This document shows positions 26,577-31,891 of a stretch of DNA of 31,891 nucleotides, piece by piece. Every line of letters begins with the position of its first letter. The stretch's first letter is position 1. Below the pieces are notes generated by a model that saw nothing but the letters and a program-made list of their open reading frames with translations, was not told the DNA's origin and did no database searches. Source of the stretch: Promethearchaeota archaeon (lineage in GTDB: Archaea; Asgardarchaeota; Thorarchaeia; Thorarchaeales; Thorarchaeaceae); NCBI GenBank assembly GCA_014728035.1, contig WJMJ01000050.1, positions 1 through 31,891 of the forward strand, written 5' to 3'. Both the position numbers and the translations under genes were made by a program.

Positions 26577-27800
26577 ATGGTCACAACTATGATCATGCAG
26601 CGAATGTCCGTTGCGATGGAGTACGGAGTCATTCTCAAATGGATAAAGAAAGAGGGTGACAAGATCAAGAAAGGAGACCCGGTTGTAGAAATCTTCGGGG
26701 AGAAAAACGAGTTCGAACTCGAGGCTCCTGAAGATGGTGTACTGCTCAAGATTCTTTGTGAGGTCAATGATGAGATTCCAATCTCAGAGCCTATTGCGTT
26801 CATTGGTGAAAAAGGTGAAGATATTCCCGATGTTCGGCCTAAGAAGCTCAACAAACCCGCAGAGGCCCTTGCTGAAGCATCTTCAACCCCCACACCCACG
26901 AAATCTGCACCAGCTCCAAAACCATCTGGTTCGTCACGGATGAAAGGTGGTAGAATCAAGGCATCCCCACGTGCAAAGAAGCGAGCAAAAGAGCTTGGTG
27001 TTGATATCAGTCTGATTTCAGGAACAGGTCCAGACGGAAGAATCATAGAAAAAGATGTCTTTGCCTTTGAAAAATCAGCTCCTCGTGTCGTAGATACGAC
27101 TGATGACCGAAAGGTCCGAAAGAGCGAGACTATCTCACATCTTCGGAGAACTATCGCTCGAAGAATGAGTGGAAGCTGGGAACACCCACATATCACAATG
27201 ATCACTGAGATTGACATGACTGAAGTTGTTGAACTTAGAAAAGAGATCAACTCTCGGACAGAGAAGACTCTGGGAATCAGAGTTTCTTTCAATGATATCA
27301 TTGTGAAAGCAGTAGCAGATACTCTAGAGAGATTCCCCAAGTTCAACGCTGCCCTCATCGAAAATCAGCTCATCATGTACGATGACGTTCACATCGGTAT
27401 AGCGGTAGCTGCTGATGATGGACTACTTGTCCCAGTAGTCAAGAGTGCAAACAAGAAGTCTATTACTGAGATTGCTCAGGAAACCAAAGCTCTTGGTAAA
27501 AAAGCAAGGAATGGTGAACTGGGGCCGGAAGATCTGACCGGAGGAACATTCACAATCTCCAATCTAGGGCCGTTCCAAGTTGATCTGTTTATTCCAGTCA
27601 TCAATCCACCCGAAACCGCAATTCTAGCACTTGGACAGATCAAGAAACAGCCAGTGGTTGTAGACGATATGATTGCAATCAGGTCCATGATGATGGCTAG
27701 CTGTGCTGTAGACCACCGAGTACTCGATGGAGCTCCAGCAGGACAATTTCTGTCTGCTCTCAAGGACTATCTTGAAAACCCATATTTCATGAAAATTTGA
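26577..27800 (+). CDS. pdhC: 2-oxoacid dehydrogenase E2 dihydrolipoamide acyltransferase
   Basis: Lipoyl domain (KKEGDKIKKGDPVVEIFGEK), E3-binding ASPRAKKRAKELGVDI..GTGPDGRI, TFTISNLG, catalytic DHRVLDGA. Confidence 0.95.
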   Translation: MVTTMIMQRMSVAMEYGVILKWIKKEGDKIKKGDPVVEIFGEKNEFELEAPEDGVLLKILCEVNDEIPISEPIAFIGEKGEDIPDVRPKKLNKPAEALAEASSTPTPTKSAPAPKPSGSSRMKGGRIKASPRAKKRAKELGVDISLISGTGPDGRIIEKDVFAFEKSAPRVVDTTDDRKVRKSETISHLRRTIARRMSGSWEHPHITMITEIDMTEVVELRKEINSRTEKTLGIRVSFNDIIVKAVADTLERFPKFNAALIENQLIMYDDVHIGIAVAADDGLLVPVVKSANKKSITEIAQETKALGKKARNGELGPEDLTGGTFTISNLGPFQVDLFIPVINPPETAILALGQIKKQPVVVDDMIAIRSMMMASCAVDHRVLDGAPAGQFLSALKDYLENPYFMKI

Positions 27801-27805
27801 AATCT

Positions 27806-27838
27806 GAGATCCTTCGGGGTCTCTGTTTCTTTATTTTA
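27806..27838 (+). terminator. cUUCGg hairpin + T-tract ending the E1/E2 operon
   Basis: GAGATCC-TTCG-GGGTCTC then TGTTTCTTTATTTT. Confidence 0.7.
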
Positions 27839-27869
27839 ACTGCCATCCAAGACTTTTCGACTATGAATA

Positions 27870-28380
27870 TAGAGAGCAAAAAAAACTTGAAGTCCAAATA
27901 TTCTCTAGTGGTCACATTGACGACCTTGCTACACCTTCATAGAAGACAGAATCTCTGCTGGTGAGAAGTATTCCTGTTTCAGCTACATTGTTTCTGAATG
28001 GTGCTGGTGCCTTATTGAGTACCTGTATGTCTATTGGAAGTCCTACATCAATAGTCCAATACCTATGAACCAAGACATTTCTTAGTCGCCTACTGATACT
28101 GATATCTGTCCTGACTCCTCAGGGAAATTATCTCTTTTTGATAGCCGAACAAAACAATTAGGACCTGACAGATTTTTCTCAGAAACAGTTCTTCAGGAGA
28201 TGCATACATATTCCATCAGAAGAATTAACTAGTTGAATTGACAGATATCTCAGTGCACAAAAACTAGTTTGAGTTAAACCTTCGAAATCATTTTTCACGA
28301 ATCTTTTCTTGTTCATCAATGGCATCGTGGATATTTCTGATTCTTGATTCAATGAAATCAATCTCAATCTGGTTTTTCAT
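27870..28380 (-). pseudogene. Decayed HEPN (HepT/DUF86) toxin fused by deletion to the C-terminus of an MNT (MntA) antitoxin
   Basis: Fragments across frameshifts/stops: MKNQIEIDFIESRIRNIHDAIDE, ALRYLSIQLVNSSDGICMHLL, CFVRL, RLRNVLVHRYWTID (HEPN Rx4H at 28065-28082), then in the same frame VGLPIDIQVLNKAPAPFRNNVAETGILL and later REYLDFK (MNT C-terminus). Confidence 0.75.
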
Positions 28381-28503
28381 TTGATAGAAATATGTTTCGT
28401 TAACCAGCAAATCTGATGTTGCTGTGGCAACTATCCTGCAACAAACAAGTCAGCAAATATTTGAGATAATGATAATAACTTTCACACAAAATAGACAACA
28501 ACG

Positions 28504-28809
28504 ATGAGATCAGGACAATGCCCAAAATGTGGTAGTGGCGAGATTGCAGGACCACACGGCACTTTGACAGGGGAAGGTCGCCTTAGAATCGACCTCCCAG
28601 GAATTCGTACGGCAACAGTACTTTCACTGACTTGTGAGAACTGTGGATACACAGAATTCTATGCAGATCGAGGTGGTCTGGAGAATCTTAGACGAGATGG
28701 TCGACAGTTCCAATCACAGACACAAAGGTCACATGAACGCTGTCCTCGATGTGGTACGAGAGTAACACCAATGTCATCACTTTGTAGTGAATGTGGTCAC
28801 GTTTTCTAA
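28504..28809 (+). CDS. Double zinc-ribbon protein
   Basis: CPKCG...CENCGYTEFY and CPRCG...CSECG. Confidence 0.85.
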   Translation: MRSGQCPKCGSGEIAGPHGTLTGEGRLRIDLPGIRTATVLSLTCENCGYTEFYADRGGLENLRRDGRQFQSQTQRSHERCPRCGTRVTPMSSLCSECGHVF

Positions 28810-28974
28810 TTGTGACCATCAAGAACAAATAATTGAAATGTAAGATTCTCCCCTAACCTGAAGATTCCATTTTTATATCTCAAAATTGGTTCAAGTGGAA
28901 AATTGTTTCCGCTCTTTATTAGAAGAAAAAATAAGAGAACAGAGAAACACTGAAGTTTCCTGTCCCAATAAGGT

Positions 28975-29160
28975 CTACTTCTTTAGTACTGCAAGAAAGC
29001 TGCTTTTTGGTTGATTCTTGCCAAGTTCTGCTAGTGGATAGACCATTCCGCATCCTTCGCATTTGATGGCACTATAGACAATCGATTGCCCCATAACATG
29101 TAGTTCATGGAGCACCAGCTTCAGCTTATCACCATCACATTGTTCACAAGTAATTTCCAT
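28975..29160 (-). CDS. Small zinc-finger protein (61 aa)
   Basis: MEITCEQC...IKCEGCGMVYPL. GGAG upstream of ATG 29160. Confidence 0.7.
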   Translation of the reverse strand: MEITCEQCDGDKLKLVLHELHVMGQSIVYSAIKCEGCGMVYPLAELGKNQPKSSFLAVLKK

Positions 29161-29320
29161 AAGAAATCTCTCCACTCTAGTAGAGTCCTGAACAATGATA
29201 TAGCTTTGGGAGTATTATTGTCAAGACCTATCAAAGTGATACAGTACTTCGTTCTGTTATCGATGGTGTTACGAGCTCGTAGCACAACTAAGAAGGTCTG
29301 TAATGCCATTTCTAGTCTGA

Positions 29321-29371
29321 TTGAAACCTGTTCTATTTTCAGGCGTTTTTGATAAAATGACGTTTATGGGG
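29321..29371 (+). pseudogene. Short upstream half of the interrupted LLM fragment (joins 140-286)
   Basis: LKPVLFSGVFDKMTFMG ends at the GGGG of the IS left junction and continues in frame as SPGDVIERL at position 140. Confidence 0.45.
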
Positions 29372-29438
29372 TGACGAACTGATACGAAATATCTGGACAA
29401 AGTTAGACATTGAATAGGTGGAAGTCTGTAGTGGAAGT

Positions 29439-30032
29439 ATGTTTTCGGTATCGATCGCCGCAGCTCGTCTTGGCGTATGCACCAAGACCATTCGAAGATG
29501 GGATAAACAGGGGCTGATAGAATGTTATCGAACTCCTGGCAACCATCGTCGCATCCCCCTCAGAGAGATAGCTCGGATCAAACATGGAACCACCCACGAG
29601 AAGGTCCTTCCAGCGCATCCAGCAGTCTATGCAAGAGTGTCCAGTCACCGACAGAAGGCGGCTGGAGATCTGGCTCGGCAGGTGGAGGAACTCTGTCACC
29701 ACTGTCCAACATCACCCAGAGTCTTCAAGGATGTGGGCTCGGGTCTCAATATGCAACGAAGAGGACTATGGAGGTTACTCACCGAGGCCAAGAAGGGAAC
29801 CATCACCTCGGTCTACATCACCCATCGCGATAGACTGGCTCGTTTTGGCACAGAGCTGGTAGAGTACATCCTCACCATCTTTGGCGTCACGGTACATCGT
29901 CTTTATGAGACCGAGGACAAGACCCCTCAGGAGGAGATCGTCTCGGACCTCATGGCCATCATAGCCTCTTTCTCCGGCCGGGTCTATGGTCTTCGTGGAG
30001 CTCTACTTCGTTCCCGTCGAACGAATCAATGA
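29439..30032 (+). CDS. tnpA: IS607-family serine-recombinase transposase
   Basis: N-terminal MerR-type HTH (LGVCTKTIRRWD..G.I...RTPGNHRR), catalytic YARVSS..QK..DL.RQ, DVGSGLN, DRLARFG, DLMAIIASFSGRVYGLR. Confidence 0.95.
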   Translation: MFSVSIAAARLGVCTKTIRRWDKQGLIECYRTPGNHRRIPLREIARIKHGTTHEKVLPAHPAVYARVSSHRQKAAGDLARQVEELCHHCPTSPRVFKDVGSGLNMQRRGLWRLLTEAKKGTITSVYITHRDRLARFGTELVEYILTIFGVTVHRLYETEDKTPQEEIVSDLMAIIASFSGRVYGLRGALLRSRRTNQ

Positions 30033-31714
30033 CTGATCGTGAACTTCTTCCTCTGAAGATACTGGCATGTCCGAGAGAACGAAAGGATATTCTTTGGAAA
30101 TATCACCAGATCAGCATTATTGATGACCACTTGTGTGGAATACATTCGATGTGACGATGTGTCAATGAACTGCATGCTCTCAAAGATTTCAGCAACCTCG
30201 ATGATGGTAAGGTCTATCTCTTGTAACGTTCTCATTTTTGGTGAGAGATCAGGAGTGAGAAAGAGAATGTTCCAACAGCGGGAATGGGGATGTTTCCACC
30301 TTGACAGGTCGGGGTCAGCAACGAGGGTGATGGATGGGCCATGACTCATTCTCAGTAGATCTTCTGCTGTAAGGGGGAGAGTGTATCTACTAAGATATGG
30401 GGATGCTTGACGATTTCGGTAGGTAAAGGGGCTGAGAAAGGTCAGAGAGACCGGACCGTGAGTAGTAGTGACCTCTTCATAGCTCACGTCTGTATCAAGG
30501 ACCCACCAATAGCGGTTCTCAAAGGGATGGCCTGTCGTCTGCGGGCTTCGGAGAGTCTGAATAACATCAAGGGTATTCAGATAGTGAAGGGTCTGGAGGG
30601 GAGTCTTGTCACTATCTCCTCCAGTCACACGAAAGAATTGTACCATATAGCTGGAGGTCACATCGTCGAGCGTGACTCTGCATCTTACATGGATAACACC
30701 CTCGGTCAATGAACTTAGAGAGGAGAGAGTTTTTCGCACAATATGCTGAAATGCGTTCTCGTGCAGGTTGATCTCTGGGGGACTTAAGTTCGAGACCAGT
30801 GCAGACGGAATACGTTTGTATCGAACCCATCTGATGGGAGCAGTTTCACCATGTGTAGGTCTACCATACTCGAAGATTCCCACGGGCCACCAACTCTCAA
30901 TGGTATCACCATCTTGCTGTGGACGCCACAGTACCAGATGTTCTCCCACTGGTTGGATAACGAGGGGAATACTCTGATTCCATGATATCGTACTCCATTC
31001 CTTCAACTCAAAGGGACTGGTCTCACAGGGATACCAGCCTCGTTGAAAGAGCGAGTCCTCGGAGCGATGGATCAGACCTGCAATAATCTCTGTTCTAGTA
31101 TGAGGTGACTGAAAGACTAACCAGTGATGGTCGCTCCCTACATCGATCATCAGTGCTTGGAGCATATCTGTCTCTTCCATAGCAGGGGACTCAGGGAGCT
31201 GGGCCACTCGCCATTGTAGATTTGTCCAGATGAACCAGAGATCATATTTTGACACGACTTCTTCCGCGATAGGTTCTTGGCCGAATCCAATATGGACCAA
31301 GATCCAGTCCGAGAAGGCCAGCCAGAGGACTCGCAGACTATCCTGTACCAAGAGCGTTTCACAGTCTCGTTGGAGCGCCAGAAGGAGGAGATAGAGGTAG
31401 TTTCCATACAGGAGTCCAATCTCATGATCTTCTTGCTCAAGCTTCGCGACCAAGGTCGATACTTCAGGTAGCAATGAATCTGAATGAAGTGCATTCTGTC
31501 GGATAGAACGTATCAATCGCCAGAAGTCTTTCGACTCTTTGTCTTGCCTCAATACGGTGCGGATTCGGTCCAATACGCTACCGGGTTCAGCTGTTCCTCC
31601 GTGAGCTTTGATACACGTGGTACAGAGGTCGATGATACGGTCCAAGAACCCAATCCAGTCGTGTTCATACTGCGGAGCAGCTCTCTTGAGGAGTAGTGCC
31701 GCCTGTCGAATCCG
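30026..31714 (-). CDS. Large hypothetical protein, probably an N-terminally truncated fragment carried inside the element
   Basis: Frame open for 562 codons from 31714. First start codon is TTG 31645. Helical N-part, beta-rich C-part, no recognisable motif. All three minus frames are closed further upstream. Confidence 0.6.
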   Translation of the reverse strand, partial: RIRQAALLLKRAAPQYEHDWIGFLDRIIDLCTTCIKAHGGTAEPGSVLDRIRTVLRQDKESKDFWRLIRSIRQNALHSDSLLPEVSTLVAKLEQEDHEIGLLYGNYLYLLLLALQRDCETLLVQDSLRVLWLAFSDWILVHIGFGQEPIAEEVVSKYDLWFIWTNLQWRVAQLPESPAMEETDMLQALMIDVGSDHHWLVFQSPHTRTEIIAGLIHRSEDSLFQRGWYPCETSPFELKEWSTISWNQSIPLVIQPVGEHLVLWRPQQDGDTIESWWPVGIFEYGRPTHGETAPIRWVRYKRIPSALVSNLSPPEINLHENAFQHIVRKTLSSLSSLTEGVIHVRCRVTLDDVTSSYMVQFFRVTGGDSDKTPLQTLHYLNTLDVIQTLRSPQTTGHPFENRYWWVLDTDVSYEEVTTTHGPVSLTFLSPFTYRNRQASPYLSRYTLPLTAEDLLRMSHGPSITLVADPDLSRWKHPHSRCWNILFLTPDLSPKMRTLQEIDLTIIEVAEIFESMQFIDTSSHRMYSTQVVINNADLVIFPKNILSFSRTCQYLQRKKFTISH

Positions 31715-31891
31715 TCACTATCTCAAACATAACCAGCCGGTGATGAGTAAGGCCTCAGGTCTGGTCCGAGACTGGCTAGAACACGGATATCCCTTCGAGA
31801 TTCCCCTGATGAAGAGCTTTGTCACGGATTACTCAGGTTCTACAGAGAACTCACCTGGGCAGGGGTACTGGTACTCCTGGGATACTGAGAG
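31713..31891 (+). CDS. Partial coding segment co-oriented with tnpA (possible internal piece of a TnpB-like protein)
   Basis: Open to the window end: RHYLKHNQPVMSKASGLVRDWLEHGYPFEIPLMKSFVTDYSGSTENSPGQGYWYSWDTE. TnpB identity is inferred from position only. Confidence 0.4.

Larger units (their letters stand above)
29370..31891 (+). mobile_element. IS607-family element, left end + tnpA, rearranged interior (runs off window end)
   Basis: TGGGG junction (29367-29371). Short repeats TGGACA/TAGACA 10 bp apart (29394, 29404). Serine-recombinase tnpA. Visible shift to higher GC from ~29400 to the end. Confidence 0.8.

Noticed and set aside
26516-27358. 280-aa antisense ORF over E2, and similar antisense ORFs over fwd, mutase and bactofilin genes
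   Set aside because: They lie entirely on well-supported genes and are explained by codon-usage shadowing.

Overview
Archaeal chromosomal segment, most likely Asgard (Thorarchaeia-like). This assignment is inferred from a small GTPase/roadblock operon, a longin-like protein, fwd genes and C-terminally anchored surface proteins. Housekeeping content: MFS transporter, M28 peptidase, B12-dependent acyl-CoA mutase large subunit with isobutyryl-CoA-mutase-type residues, cobO, iron-sulfur flavoprotein, fwdD-fwdB-fwdA plus a methyltransferase, a circularly permuted family-5 solute-binding protein, and 2-oxoacid dehydrogenase E1a/E1b/E2. Accessory content: a C39 peptidase + wHTH gene pair, an AT-rich three-gene TIGR04255-like module, a long bactofilin-like beta-helix, a decayed HEPN/MNT toxin-antitoxin locus, and Zn-finger microproteins. 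The most striking structure is at the window edges. An IS607-family left end plus tnpA starts at ~29370, and a matching right end that can fold like a TnpB omega-RNA occupies 1-139. The two outer flanks join in frame into one luciferase-like monooxygenase fragment (FDKMTFMG|SPGDVIERL), so they look like two halves of a single insertion site. The expected tnpB position is occupied by an inverted, N-terminally truncated large gene. All family calls come from motif recognition by eye; no searches were run.
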